A DNA stretch of 63,783 nt, counting the filler, from Neolecta irregularis DAH-3 (lineage: Eukaryota): NCBI GenBank assembly GCA_001929475.1. It is 28 parts of 28 records of this genome, joined end to end, with 100 filler letters (N's around TTAATTAATTAA, not from the genome) between each part and the next. Parts side by side here need not be neighbours in the genome. Positions count along the whole stretch, not along the records: positions 23,213 to 25,588 come from LXFE01001810.1; positions 25,689 to 27,666 come from LXFE01001812.1; positions 27,767 to 28,898 come from LXFE01001816.1; positions 28,999 to 30,572 come from LXFE01001822.1; positions 30,673 to 32,493 come from LXFE01001824.1; positions 32,594 to 35,920 come from LXFE01001825.1; positions 36,021 to 37,829 come from LXFE01001826.1; positions 37,930 to 39,654 come from LXFE01001827.1; 20 more parts are not named here. One strand, written 5' to 3'. Shown here in pieces: positions 24,069-38,391 of this stretch (the first letter of the stretch is position 1; each line of letters opens with the position of its first letter). Under the pieces are notes generated by a model. It saw only the letters and a list, made by a program, of their open reading frames with translations. It was not told the origin of the DNA and did no database searches. The position numbers and the translations under genes were made by a program.

Positions 24069-25688
24069 ATAAGAGTTTACTACAGCTACTTCACTAGTGG
24101 GGTTCCCAAATCCACCTCCATAGTATCCTTATATGCCAGTAGTATAAAGGCTGTAATGGTACTCTGGTCTTACTGCTTACCCCTCTGGGTAAACATACCA
24201 TAGTCCTTATACTATGCCAAAGCCATGGCTCAAGGTCTATCAGCGGTAACCTATTATGCCAGGCTCCTGTAGTTAACTAGCCCCAGGAAGGTTAGCAAGA
24301 CCTCAGGAATGTAGTCAGCCCTGGGAATTGAACCCAGGACCAACCACTAGTGCACACTCCACAAAAGGCACAGTTATACTACTGTGCCATTTTCCAGGAA
24401 AACCACTATTATACAACGTATGTGGCTTAAGTATAGATATGTATTAGCCTATTCTGGGAAGGCAGGTTATGCCTCCCCTTACAGTAAGCATGTATACTTA
24501 CAATATCATTTATATTGTTACTAATATAATATATACTTGAAAGAAAGGTCTATTTCCTCCAATCTCTATATATGAACTGTAATATTTGGAATTTTCTATT
24601 ACATTATCCAATTTTGGATTTTACTTTATTAGTTTGTTAAAAACATATTCTTCTTCTCCATCTACTTAGTCTCCCAATTTTCTTTGGTTCATGATATATA
24701 TTCACTCCCCTATGCTTTCTAGGATTAGTACTAATTATTTGATTTTTGTTATTAGTAGAGTGTGTAACATGTGCAATATCTAGTAGTAAATATATAAATC
24801 TACTAGTTTTAGATGATTGTGAATTATTTCTGAGAATAGTTTCCATAATGAAAGTTATATTAATAGAGTAACAATGAAGTAAGGATAACAATTAAGTTAA
24901 TTATTGTGGAAGTATTTAATATACTCCAGAAAATCTTTGATATACTATTAGAAAAGGAAGGTACCCTATTTAAAACTAAATTTACTCAATTTCAGACCAA
25001 TCCAGATATTTTTCTTCAAGTTTCTTTTTGTTTACTACAATAGTTCCAACACCTTATTTCTTTTCTAATTATCATACTATGGGTCAATCATTTAGTAATT
25101 TCTCAGCTCCTGCAAGATATAGTAGAGACAAACTTACAGCTTCAATCAATACAGATGTTGGGGATTTTTCCAGGCCTGGAGTATATTATATTGGAGGGGT
25201 TGATCATAATTACTCTGAAATTTTATCTTCAACTGATAATAACAAATTTGAAATAGATAATCCTAGTACCAAACCTTTTGTTAACTAGCAAATTAAAAGT
25301 TTAGGAACAAGTTTAAAAAAAAAAATATCTATAACCCAATTACCTGAAGTAGGAAAGAAAATTAATTTTAAAGGTTATTTTTTCAAGTAAAATATACTAA
25401 AAATAGATAGCAAGGTTCAGCAAACAAGAAGGGAATTAAATATCTTATTTGGGAAATAAATAATATGTAAAGGATAGCTGAGGGTAGAAAGAATATTTTA
25501 TTATAATATATATATATTGGTATATGTAAGGATTGACTAGCTAGGTGTGTAGCTCAGTGTGATGGTTACACACACAGTCACATGTTAGNNNNNNNNNNNN
25601 NNNNNNNNNNNNNNNNNNNNNNNNNNNNNNNNTTAATTAATTAANNNNNNNNNNNNNNNNNNNNNNNNNNNNNNNNNNNNNNNNNNNN

Positions 25689-26010
25689 ATGCGTAACCAT
25701 AATGTGTAGCGTAAAACGCGTATGCGAGGTTCCGATCGGGTTTTTGTCCCGGCATCGAGGCCAAAGGGATTTTAGGTGGAGCTTCGGCTATTGGAGGAAC
25801 GACTATATTAGGATGAACGATTACATTAGGAACGGCTTCGGGTATGGTTGGAGGAACGATTACATTAGGAACGGCCAATTCAGGTATAATCGGCTCGTCA
25901 GAAAAGGTTTGATCGGGAGATTTATATCGAAACTGAAAGAACAGCGACCAGCATCCTGCCAAAAGCAAAAGTGCAACCCCGCATAGGATGTAATTGAAGC
26001 GCTTGTTCAT
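25689..26010 (-). CDS. 5' part of a type II membrane glycosyltransferase (GT8/Gnt1-like)
   Basis: N-terminal TM anchor, Pro-rich repeated stem (AVPNVIV x2), then LAYAFYATHYGYA at the start of the catalytic domain. Confidence 0.55.
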
Positions 26011-26320
26011 TTGCTTTCAAATCTTGAAAGTAAATGATGGGAAGCGGCTGGAATGCCGTAGTATACTTATTCAGGTGGTGGCTTCATACTTGGGAATGTC
26101 CATTCTCAGTCAAAATCAACAGACCTCATTGACAAGATTGATATGATCACGGTGTGATAGATAGAACCCTACAGTACAGGAATACAGGAATAGTGAATGA
26201 GCGGTTGATGATTCGCAGGATAGTTCCCTTCAAGCCACCAAATTGTTCTGATAAACTGATACAACGAGCCACGTGATAAACGCGAAAAATATTTTACAGA
26301 TTCCGACTACAGGGCCAGCG

Positions 26321-27442
26321 ATGATCGCAGCCACATGCAGACCTCGAGCTCGGTTATTAATCGTTTGCGGGCACAGGCACAGTTTGTGGCCTAGATTTGA
26401 TGTAGGCTTGCAAATTCGCAAGCAAGGATCTTGGGCGCGCCAGGATACGAAATACGAGAACGAGGAGGACTGGGATTATCTTTTCTCGAGCGGCACGAGT
26501 TCATCTGCGGGTCGTGAGGAGCCGCCGGAAGAACTGCTACGCGTCATGGATGATAATACCCTCTACAGTGAGTCATTTGGGCAGATGCTTAAGCCTCCTC
26601 GCTCGGAGGCTCCACCCAAGGGTACTATGACACAGGGAGAACAGCAAGTGTTTGGTCGGATATTCGAATCTATCTTGGCGGATAGGACTCAAAAGGATGC
26701 ACAGACGGCGACTCCACCGCTATTTTATACACCGGCAGCGGGGGGCAATTCTTTGATGTCACAGGTCTCTGAATATCCCGAGGCGCTTCGGACGGCAGCG
26801 ATGCGTACATTCAATGCCCTGCAGGCGGAGATGCCAAGTACTGCGGAAGAAGCGGAACTGTTCAAGGGGCGGGACAAGCTCGTATCACACACGCTGCATG
26901 CGCTCAAGCACGCGCGATCGGACGCAGAGGTACTTGAGGTATTTATGCAGAATGTGTACGGTCCTTCGAAAAGGGAGCTGCAGGGGCACACCAAGATCCG
27001 GCGGACGGCGTTTGTAACTGCTTTCCCGGGCATGCTGGGCGCTATCATGCGGACGATGCGGGTGGCCTATGTGGATCCCGCGGCGTCGATCACGATGTTT
27101 GAGCGAATCAAGGGGGCGGGGATCGAAGCATATGTTGCGGGCTGCTCTGTGGAGGTGTACAACGAAGCACTGCGGGCGCGGTGGGAGGGGTGGCGGGACG
27201 TGCAGGGTCTGGGCGAGCTGGTGGACGAGATGCAGACGAACAGCGTGTTTGGCAACGGGGAGACGGCGGCGATACTGCGGGAGGTGCGGATCGCGGTGGA
27301 CACGATGAAGGGCGCGGTGTGGGCGGCGGAGGACTTTGACACGCTGGACCAGCTGGATACATACCGCCGCAGGATTCTGAACAGGGAAGAGCGGCAGTGT
27401 GCGGCAAATGTAAGGGAAGAGCGGCAGTATGGCAAAGGTTAG
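26321..27442 (+). CDS. Mitochondrial Mtf2-family protein
   Basis: Presequence-like N-terminus. C-terminal FERIKGAGIEAYVAGCSVEVYNEALRARWEGWRD...LVDEMQTNSV...ET matches the Mtf2-like domain pattern. Confidence 0.7.
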   Translation: MIAATCRPRARLLIVCGHRHSLWPRFDVGLQIRKQGSWARQDTKYENEEDWDYLFSSGTSSSAGREEPPEELLRVMDDNTLYSESFGQMLKPPRSEAPPKGTMTQGEQQVFGRIFESILADRTQKDAQTATPPLFYTPAAGGNSLMSQVSEYPEALRTAAMRTFNALQAEMPSTAEEAELFKGRDKLVSHTLHALKHARSDAEVLEVFMQNVYGPSKRELQGHTKIRRTAFVTAFPGMLGAIMRTMRVAYVDPAASITMFERIKGAGIEAYVAGCSVEVYNEALRARWEGWRDVQGLGELVDEMQTNSVFGNGETAAILREVRIAVDTMKGAVWAAEDFDTLDQLDTYRRRILNREERQCAANVREERQYGKG

Positions 27443-27616
27443 GTAGAGCAGGGGGAGCAGGGGGAGCAGGGAGAGCAGGGGGAGCAGGGAGGGTTAGAGG
27501 CTGGGTAGAGCAGCGAACGGCACGGTATACGGCATAGGTAGCAGTCTAGGCATAAACATCAAAACATGTACCGGGAGCGGGGCGGGAGCGCCCGGAGCAA
27601 CGAACCCTAACCGCCG

Positions 27617-27666
27617 ATGGACGCGCAGATCGAACAGGCCGTCGCGTGCGCGCTGGATGCGGCGGG
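27617..27666 (+). CDS. LOS1: Probable start of exportin-T (Los1)
   Basis: MDAQIEQAVACALDAA resembles fungal Los1 N-termini. Only 16 codons before the gap. Confidence 0.45.
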
Positions 27667-27766
27667 NNNNNNNNNNNNNNNNNNNNNNNNNNNNNNNNNN
27701 NNNNNNNNNNTTAATTAATTAANNNNNNNNNNNNNNNNNNNNNNNNNNNNNNNNNNNNNNNNNNNN

Positions 27767-28120
27767 TTGAAAATGAGAATAAAAATGATTCCGAAAATGG
27801 AAATGAATGAAAATGGAATGATTTGAAATGGAATGATTTGAAAATGAGAATAAAAATGATTCCGAAAATGGAATGATTTGAAAATGGAATGATTTGAAAT
27901 GGAAATGATTTGAAATGAGAATGATTAAAAATGATTTGAAATGGAATGATTTGAAATGAGAATGATTAAAAATGATTTGAAATGGAATGATTTGAAAATG
28001 AAAATGATATAATTGTATGTGTACACATACATACACGTACATGTACATGTACGTGTATGTACATGATGAAGGTTAATATGTATGTACATGTACTTGTACA
28101 TGTACATACACACACACACA
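27767..28120. repeat. GAAATGGAATGATTT-type satellite followed by TGTACA/CA microsatellite
   Basis: Directly visible in the sequence. Confidence 0.9.
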
Positions 28121-28141
28121 CAATGTATTGTACTATACAAT

Positions 28142-28849
28142 CTAATGTAGAGGACCACCTATAATTGAACCGTCTTGAGCAATTTCCTTATTCAAAGCAG
28201 ACCAAAACTGGAGTCTCAAATGAATGATTTCGTCAGCCCAAGATTTTACGATATCGGTAGAGATTGCATTACGAGCCGAGATGAATACGCCTAGGTCTTT
28301 GAAGCCGCCGTACTGTTTTTCGTATTCGAGGGTTTGGAGGAGTAATTCGTACTTGTCTACGTCTTTTACGAAGAGGGCTTCTGGGGTTGCGGCAGCTTCG
28401 TACTCGTTCCACAGGGCGAGGATATCTGTGGCGGAGGAATGGGGCAGAAGACGGGCGATGTGGTCAAAGGCGTCTTTTTCGAGTCTGTGTTTCTCTTCTG
28501 GATAGATGAGAATTGATAAGCATGAACGAACCCTTTGAGATGCCGTCTACGGGCGTGATGTCACCGACTATGGCCTCTGCGACATCGTGCACGAGGGCTA
28601 TTTTTATACAGCTAGAGTGAGCGTGGGGCGGGGAAGGGTAGTACCGGTGCTGGTCGAGGGCGGGGGGACAGGCTGAAACACAAATCATGGCCATGCGGTA
28701 CATATGGTCTGCGATGCTTTCTTGGGGGTCAGAGAAGGGCGAGGGGGGCGGGGCGGGGGACCTGGATGGGGAATTCCATGGTTCAGCCAGCCTGTGCGGC
28801 CTGTGGTCTTGAGATTGCGCAGGATGGACAGGTAGGGCAGCAGGGACAT
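28142..28849 (-). CDS. HD-domain 5'-deoxynucleotidase (HDDC2/YBR242W-like), 4 exons
   Basis: [57 protein letters not shown]. Confidence 0.92.
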
Positions 28850-28998
28850 GGCACGGGGTTGGCGGGCGTGCAAATAGCGATAATTGGGAATAGCAACANN
28901 NNNNNNNNNNNNNNNNNNNNNNNNNNNNNNNNNNNNNNNNNNTTAATTAATTAANNNNNNNNNNNNNNNNNNNNNNNNNNNNNNNNNNNNNNNNNNNN

Positions 28999-30572
<1,574 letters not shown>

Positions 30573-30728
30573 NNNNNNNNNNNNNNNNNNNNNNNNNNNN
30601 NNNNNNNNNNNNNNNNTTAATTAATTAANNNNNNNNNNNNNNNNNNNNNNNNNNNNNNNNNNNNNNNNNNNNTTAGCCATTGAAAACTTTCACTTGCATT
30701 TTAAAATTTTCCATTCAAATCACCAACC

Positions 30729-32336
30729 ATGACCAATCCATTTCCAGAGTCGAATTTGGGGCCTCCATCCCCGTTAATAGCTGATTCGGACTTGAAACTC
30801 ACTCAGCAAGAACAATTCCAAATGAAAGCGATTTATAAAAAACTCGATCGGAGAATCATTCCATGCACATCCAATATGCATGATTTTGACTAATTCTAGG
30901 TCTTTGGTTTCTCTATTTCCTTGCAGCAGCAGCAAGATCAACTGTTGGATTAGCGCTCACGATGAATACGAATGCGAAACACAGCCTCTCTCAAAACCTA
31001 GGTCTGTCTACTCATCAGACTTCCATCGGTCTCGCCATATTTTATATTGGCTATATTATTTTCGAAGTCCCAAGCAATCTCCTGATGCTTAAAATGAAGC
31101 CGCAGGTGTATATATCCAGGATTCAATGTTCGATTGGGATTATCAGTGCTTGTCACGCCGCGTTGAATGGAGCTTGGAGCTTCTAGTATCATCAGCTCAT
31201 AGCGACTTGACTGATCATTCTGAGCTTTCTTAGAGCTCTTCTTGGATTCGCCGAAGCTGGAGTTTGGCCTAGTATGACGTACTATCTCACGATCTGGTAC
31301 CCGCCCAAGATGATTGCGCATCGCATTGGATACTATTTCACCGCTGCGCAGCTATCAGCCGCAGTAGTGGGTCTCGTTTCCGCGGGATTCCAGGAAATGG
31401 ATGGAGCACTGGGAATAGTTGGCTACAAATGGTAATTCACTCTATGATCAAATCTTTACTCACAGGATGTTTCTCATTTACGGCATAATTATTTTTGTCA
31501 ACGGTGTCAGTCTCCTTTGGTGGCTTCCGGATCGTCCAATGTATCAAAAATCTGGTTCTAAATCAACGTTCCTAGACCGATACATTCCCTCAATGCCAGT
31601 GCTTACACCCGAGGAGGAAGTCCTCCATGCCCGTGTAACGGGGCCACGTTCGCGGCATTGGAATCTTGATGAATTATGGAGAATTACAATTGATATTCGG
31701 GTCTGGCCAATTGTTGTAATGTATATCGGAGTAGTAGGAGTGGGCATCGGTATTCAGAGCTATGGAACGTTGATTATTCAAGCAATTAACCCGAAATTTT
31801 CGAGTATAGATTTAAGCTTACTGTTTGCTCCTATATGGATAGTATCGTCTTCCTGTTTCGACTTGGTCTCATGTCAACTATAGGCTGATGCTATTGGTAT
31901 TCTCGTCATCACACCCCTTTCGGATCGATACCGAAATCGGTTGCTCTTTTTCTGTGGACCATGCGTGATCATAATAACTGGCCTTCTTATTACAACATAT
32001 GCGCATATTTCATCGGCTCGATACGCCGGTCTACTTATTGTCGGCTTTGGTCTTGGTCCAACCGTTCCAATCTGTATGACATGGGCAGCTGAAATTTTTT
32101 CAGTTCACTATGGTGGCCTGGGGGTTGCCGCAGCTGTCGCTCTTGTTACTGGGCCAGGAAATTTGGGTAGTGTTATCACCACTTATGCCTTATATTCTGG
32201 CTGGAAGGCAGACATAGCGAGAGAGTACAAGGGAAGCAATTTGGTGTGTGTAGGATTAATTGTTGCAAGTATATCAGCAGCTTGTTCTGAGTGGCTACTG
32301 GTAAGGAATAGGAAAAACAAACCCTCAAAGGTCTAA
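30729..32336 (+). CDS. MFS transporter, allantoate/nicotinate permease (anion:cation symporter) family
   Basis: KKLDRRIIP|CLW, FYIGYIIFEVPSNL, LLGFAEAGVWP, WYPPKMIAHRIG, GYKW|MFLIYG, SDRYRNR. First intron is GC-AG (30865-30899). Confidence 0.9.
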
Positions 32337-32593
32337 TCTAGTCAATGTTGTCTGAGCAGCTGCAATTTTAAATTAAGGCTACAGCGTTGCGGATGGGCCA
32401 TATCACGTGGTATTAGACTTATGAAGCAATTATTTTTTCATATTCTTCCAAGTTCCACTCCCGCCTCTCCCGCCTCTCCCGCCTCTCCCGCCTNNNNNNN
32501 NNNNNNNNNNNNNNNNNNNNNNNNNNNNNNNNNNNNNTTAATTAATTAANNNNNNNNNNNNNNNNNNNNNNNNNNNNNNNNNNNNNNNNNNNN

Positions 32594-32657
32594 CGCCTGA
32601 AATTCCAATTTGTTAAAAGCCACATTTTATGAAATTTAGTGCGAACCAAACGCAGCC
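32594..32657. mobile_element. PIF/Harbinger (Tourist-like) MITE end
   Basis: Homologous to 55158-55222; ends GCGAACCAAACGCAGCC. Confidence 0.55.
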
Positions 32658-35476
32658 TTGGTTGTTCGAAACCCGATCTCTGATTATTTTGGTATGCACT
32701 CCCAAATTTACACACAAGCCTATTGCCTATGTCCGAGTATTTGTATTTCCGGATTCTACTTCGAACCGAAACAAATCCCTGTTAATGAGTTCTCTTAGGA
32801 TTTAACTAGTAGGCCATTAAGTGGTTCACGTGTCGCCCGACACACGCCAGAAAATCATTGGCCAATACGACTGCATTTGTACGATTCTGAACAATAAGAA
32901 TTAACTGAAAGGCATACACACCATCATTAGAACAGACATCGGTGTCATAGGAATTGGGATTTTCTGATGCACTACATAATCCCGGATATCAATTCCCAAT
33001 AGTGTATCCAAGTGTATCTATTTTTATTTATATTCGGAGCAACTCAACCTGACCGGCCGATATTATGTATAGCTTACCCAAGCAATGAATTTTGCTATAA
33101 AAAGATATATCCCAAGGCTCTGTTCATTTTGAATACACCTTTGATTGCGTTGAGATTCTTTGGCATACACGATGTCTAGTTTCCAATAGGGCTCTATCGA
33201 TATTTTCCGTCAGCATTATTTTCAGCTCTGACCAATTCTATTTATTCAAGATTACTTTTCCGTTTGCTTACCAATCTCTCGAAAAGCTACTTAGGTCTCA
33301 TTCAGCATGGGTTTCTATTTCGCATAGTACGCTAAGATGAACTTCAAATTTCAAGGATAAATCCAAAAGGCAAGACCTGTAGTCAGCAGAGGCTGGAACC
33401 CTTTGCTTAGTTCATTCCACAGAGTTTATATATAACTTGCACAATCCATCCCAAACTCTTGCGTTACATCATACGATTTCATGTCGTCTTTCGAGCAGAA
33501 TTCTCGCGAACCCAAGGCACAAAAGTCTGTGGCTCTATCGTGGGGACAGATATCGAGGGACTATGAGAGTCGGCGTACTCTTCCGAATGCTCACGTTTTG
33601 AACTTGTTACGTTCGCTGGATTCTGAACATACTGATGCCAATCTTATGGCATGAGATCTTTCATAAGAAACATCCTGACACCCCAGGATGGCGAAAGGAC
33701 TTGTCTGAGATTGACAAAATCCACTGTCGGCTCTACATCGTCACTGATGGATGTAGGATATTTGTATATCTTCAAAATGCCTTAATGTTTCCAGGGTTTA
33801 TCGCTGCAGTCTCCGGCCGATAAGAAGCGCGAAGACAATGTCAGTCCTTTTGTTACGAATGATCGATAAACAAGTCTTTCATTTTTGGGCTCGAACCCTC
33901 TCGAACGTGTTTGGTGATTTTATGGTCTTGGTTTGCACGGGTTAGGCCTATGGGGGTGTCTGGTTAACATTCTGTACAACTAGCAATAGTATACATTCTT
34001 TCATCCACTTGAGATCCTTCAAATTTCCGGAACAACTTTGTCCATCTTCGAGCTGGCCTATCGAGACGATTTGCAATGTGAAACTCGGGTTTGTATGAAT
34101 GTATATGGCAGAATATTCAAGCTGTTTTATCGGTTTCACGTGCAGTCGCTTAGCAAGAAGCACTTGATACGAACTAGCACACAGGACTGTTATAACCATA
34201 TCCAAGTAAAGGTGTAAATTGAAACTTCACCTTCATCTTGATTGTCAATTGTTGTCTTGGGTAAAATTCGAAATATCCTCTTGACGGATCGAATCCAGAA
34301 ACTCCACCACTCTCCTTGCTCTTCTATGAGCTGATCCTCTTCTAAAATATAACTGTACTTACTAGATGTTTGATTAGGATCCTGTTGATTTGAAGTGACA
34401 CCCCCATATGACTAAAACTAACCCAATTTCGTCATATGGCTGTGTATGCTTTTTCCTGCTCCATAGGCTTGTGACATGCAGGCTGCAAGTCGAGGAGGTT
34501 CGAGGGATATTTGGATAACTTTGGCTTTGTGTTTTTGAGATAGTTTAAGGAATATGAAGCAAAGGGGGAGAGTGAAGGTGTGTTGAAAGTTGAGCGATAG
34601 GTAAGGACGAGGTAAAGAGAGAATTAAAAGGATTGTATTTTCACTGCTGCAAAAGACTGGCTCACAGTCCTTACTTATAGAAAAGAGATAACCATCCATC
34701 GCCCTTTTTTCCTGCAGGAGAAACAAATATTAGAGAGAAACTATATAAAGGAGAAAGTAGAAAAAGGTGACCTTGCCGCCTAACACTTATCATATCCTTG
34801 ATGACGGTCATATCTGGGATTAGGCGATATCCTTGACTTCGGCGGTGGACAGGTGTTTGCTGAGGTAAATATTTGGGTTGTTGTGATTTATTGGGTGAGA
34901 ACGAAGGTTTCGAACGAGTTGAACTTGAGTAAGGAGTGGACAAACAAGAGAACAAGGGGAGGACAATTAAAAGGGGTTTTAGTCTGAGGAAAGGGAGGTT
35001 GTGAATAGCTGATGACTTCCAGAGCCAGCTGTTTGTGGAGGGAGAAAGAAGAGTGAGGATGTGGAAAGAGTGAGGTTCTGGGGTAAAGGTAATTTCTTGA
35101 AATTGTACAACAGGCTGAAACTATCCAGAGATGACAAGCATTCATCAAGATAGTAGTTCAGTTCATTTGAGAGGCTTGGAATAAGATGGAATGAACTAGT
35201 TTTGATTTAATCGAGATTTTTAGAAAATACATCTAGTTCTCTGTTCAGAAGAAAACAAATCTTTGAGACTAGGTTGTAGAAGTCTAACCGTTTATATCAT
35301 AAGCTCTCAACTGCCTGGTGCTTCCCTCTAATCACTCCCTAAGCATTCTTGAAAATTGTTCAGGATCTCTGTATTGAAGACTGAGTGCAACGAGTGATAA
35401 ATTTCAACTCAACTCTTTATTCCAGCGTCCCGATCAACTACCAGTAAAGTCTATTTAATCAGCAGGCTACTCGATT

Positions 35477-35545
35477 TGTAAGGGAGTATCGTTGGCATTC
35501 CTACCAATGCGGCTACTTACAATGATATTGCGGCAATTAAAATAA
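35477..35545. mobile_element. LTR-like fragment (TGTAAGGG terminus)
   Basis: Shares AATGATATTGCGGCAATT with 9356-9459. Confidence 0.35.
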
Positions 35546-36040
35546 GGATGCATCATTTTGACCCAAATATCCATAGCCGCTATTCCAATGATGAGCTTGA
35601 GATTACAATTCCATTTAGCCACAATATCGAGTGAAAGGATTTTAGAAGATCAAGAACTTTCTTTTAGTATTAATTTCCCTAAAGTTTACTGGAGTCAGCG
35701 TTTCTGCAGCAATTGCAAATTGTATGATAGGCCCTGGAAGCTTAATACCAGTTTGCGTAATGTTTTTCAGACCACGTATAAATTAGTCAAGAGAGTTGAC
35801 AGATATGTCGCCCATAACCGTGTTTTCGCCGTAAAACCACAGTTACCATAAAATTCAGACAGTGTATCTACATCACATATACTTTTCTAGCATCCCCTTC
35901 ATCAAAATCTTCGCCAGTTCNNNNNNNNNNNNNNNNNNNNNNNNNNNNNNNNNNNNNNNNNNNNTTAATTAATTAANNNNNNNNNNNNNNNNNNNNNNNN
36001 NNNNNNNNNNNNNNNNNNNNAGTAATTGCTCAAGGTGACT

Positions 36041-36914
36041 TCAAATATCCATCATCTCAACTTCGATTCCACATCTCACACAGACATAAATCTCCCAACC
36101 AGCAGACAAGTTCCCGGTCCGCGCATAGTCATGACATTCGCAGATAGACCAAACTTGTTCCTCACGTTCCAGGAATTTTTCCATTCCTCGAATTTGTCTC
36201 TCCACTATTTTAATTAATCTGCGGAAGAAACACAATAAAGTACTTTTAGCTTGTTTCAAAGCTCGTTTTTTGTTCAAGGCTGATTCCCGATCAAGTTTCT
36301 TGCGAGAAAGCAAATCTTGGATGGTATCCAAATCTCCATGCTTGCCAATTGCAAAACCCTCAACTTGGATCTTTAGAAACTGCATCATTGGTGCGAATCG
36401 GGGATTCCATGGATTCTTACAAAGTCGATGTGGTAATATTTCGGAATCGTGCAATTCGGCTATTGTAGGTTATTCGAAAAAAAAGATTAAAAGATTGTTA
36501 AAACCCTTTGTTAGAGAATATGTCTGGAATAGCCTTAAAAGATGCCTAACAAATAAGGATTACCTTTATACATTCCTGTTTGGAAAGAAGTTTATATTTT
36601 CCGGGGAATGATCTGATACATGAATCGCAGATTCTTATCTTGAAATCACGATGGTAGTCTGGATTATATAGCACCGATTGACACTCTTGACAATTTTCCA
36701 AGCCTTTTTTCGTTAAAATGCAAGAAGGTAGAAGAAGGACTTTTTTCTCTTTGAATTACACAGATTCCAGTTTTCTGGCATTTTTCTTTGCGTATTAGGG
36801 CTTGGGATCGGTTGATAGCCTAATTGTAAGACCTTGAAACACGGATGATCATAATATTCTCCGCAGTTGTAGCGGGGTTAAAGCACGGAGAGCTGGAGCT
36901 GTGACTTTTGACAT
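36041..36914 (-). CDS. RAD14: Divergent XPA/Rad14-like DNA damage recognition protein (possibly pseudogene)
   Basis: LTPLQLRRI..INRSQAL; Zn finger CQECQ...CDSC; KYKLLSKQEC|KTYSLTK|AELHDSEILPH..KNPW..MMQFLKIQVE; C-terminal CVRCGIEVEMMDI. Confidence 0.75.
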
Positions 36915-37173
36915 TGTGGAATAATAGTTTTTTCATGATTATGGAAATACCTGTTCAAAGGGACGCAGGGATGTGAGTATCTATAGGCTGGTAAATGGAG
37001 CAATTGGATTGGATTGAACAGGGATCAGGATGATTCTGGCGTGGAATTCAAGTTCTGGTGTGCTTTGATTGTGAATAAATAGACGCATACGAAGAATACT
37101 CGACGCAGATATATCCGCAATTACAGAGTATACACACATCATGTTACAACTTGCTCCTAAACACGATAAGCTA

Positions 37174-37631
37174 CTATTCCTTCATGTCGTCGTCGTCTTT
37201 AGCGACGAATTCCTCATCGTCTTCTTCTTCGTCCGCATTGACGCTTTCTTTTTCGATTTCCTTGGTGTAATCGACTTTTCGTCCCCGGGTCTTGCTCGTG
37301 AGGATGTTGATGGTGTCAATTTCGGCTAGGTCATCGTCTTCAGGCTCTTGTTTGTCAGTAGCGATCACGAGCAGGGAAAACCCTCATCTTCGACGTGCTG
37401 AAGGGTCAGTGTTGGGAATAAATTCGGGGAGGTACTTCAACTGTCTCGTCGCCCATGTCCTCATCGCTGGAGGAGTCGTCCTGGGCGGTATGTTGCTCTT
37501 CGACAGGCGCTGTTTCTGGAGTTTTGCCTTTATCTGCGGCGAAGCCGAGCCTAGTGCAATTGAGCGGACTGGAAGCAGGTGGAGTGTGGAATATACGTGG
37601 ATCGTTCTGGGGAAGCGGTTTCAGTGGTCAT
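37174..37631 (-). CDS. CHZ1: Histone H2A.Z chaperone (CHZ domain), multi-exon
   Basis: Acidic protein with DKGK and the CHZ motif DDLAEIDTINILTSKTRGRKVDY. Confidence 0.8.
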
Positions 37632-37929
37632 AGTGAATGGGAGATTTGAGACACAGCAAAAGGCAACAGCACGCGCAAAACTCGCCTCCAAAATCGCATA
37701 GCATACAAATACATATCCGCCTGCCAAAAGCCCTTCAGTAGGAATTTAGCAGTAGTCTGGAGGTATCTTTAGCAGGAGAAGCTGCAGGGCGATGTATCTG
37801 TGGTCCCGAATCCACCTTCAGTGGCTAGTNNNNNNNNNNNNNNNNNNNNNNNNNNNNNNNNNNNNNNNNNNNNTTAATTAATTAANNNNNNNNNNNNNNN
37901 NNNNNNNNNNNNNNNNNNNNNNNNNNNNN

Positions 37930-38255
37930 AGACTGCTATCGCTCCCGAAATACTCGTCCAGCTCAGAAAGTGCCATTTCTGTTTGTCGACAGGTGTGAGA
38001 ATTCGATCCTGATTCGCTAATTCTGTTCAATCTATTCGGGGTGGTGAGAATTCGCCGCTAATTCGCAATTCTGGTGGTTTACAATTGGCCGCTAATTGGT
38101 GGTTACAATTAACTGGTTAATTCAATCAATCAATCAATCAGCCAATCAATCAATCAATCAATCAACCAATCAATCAATTAATCAATTAATCAATCAGTCA
38201 GTCAATCAATCAATCAATCAACAACCAACCAACCAACCAACCAATCCATCAACAA
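37930..38255. repeat. Duplicate of 39349-39654 including an (AATC)n-type microsatellite
   Basis: AGACTGCTATCGCTCCCGAAATACTCG... near-identical at 37930 and 39349. Confidence 0.9.
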
Positions 38256-38391
38256 TCATGAGCACTCCCTTCTCGTAAACTCGAATAAAAGTATCGTCCG
38301 CAAACCGCAAGTTCAACTACCGGCAATCTATCAACTTGTTCTCCACACGATCTATCCAACCAGCAGTTGTTGAAAATATGGTTGGTGGTAG

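Noticed and set aside
33300-35400. Coding-like fragments, possibly a LINE remnant
   Set aside because: No motif I could identify with confidence.
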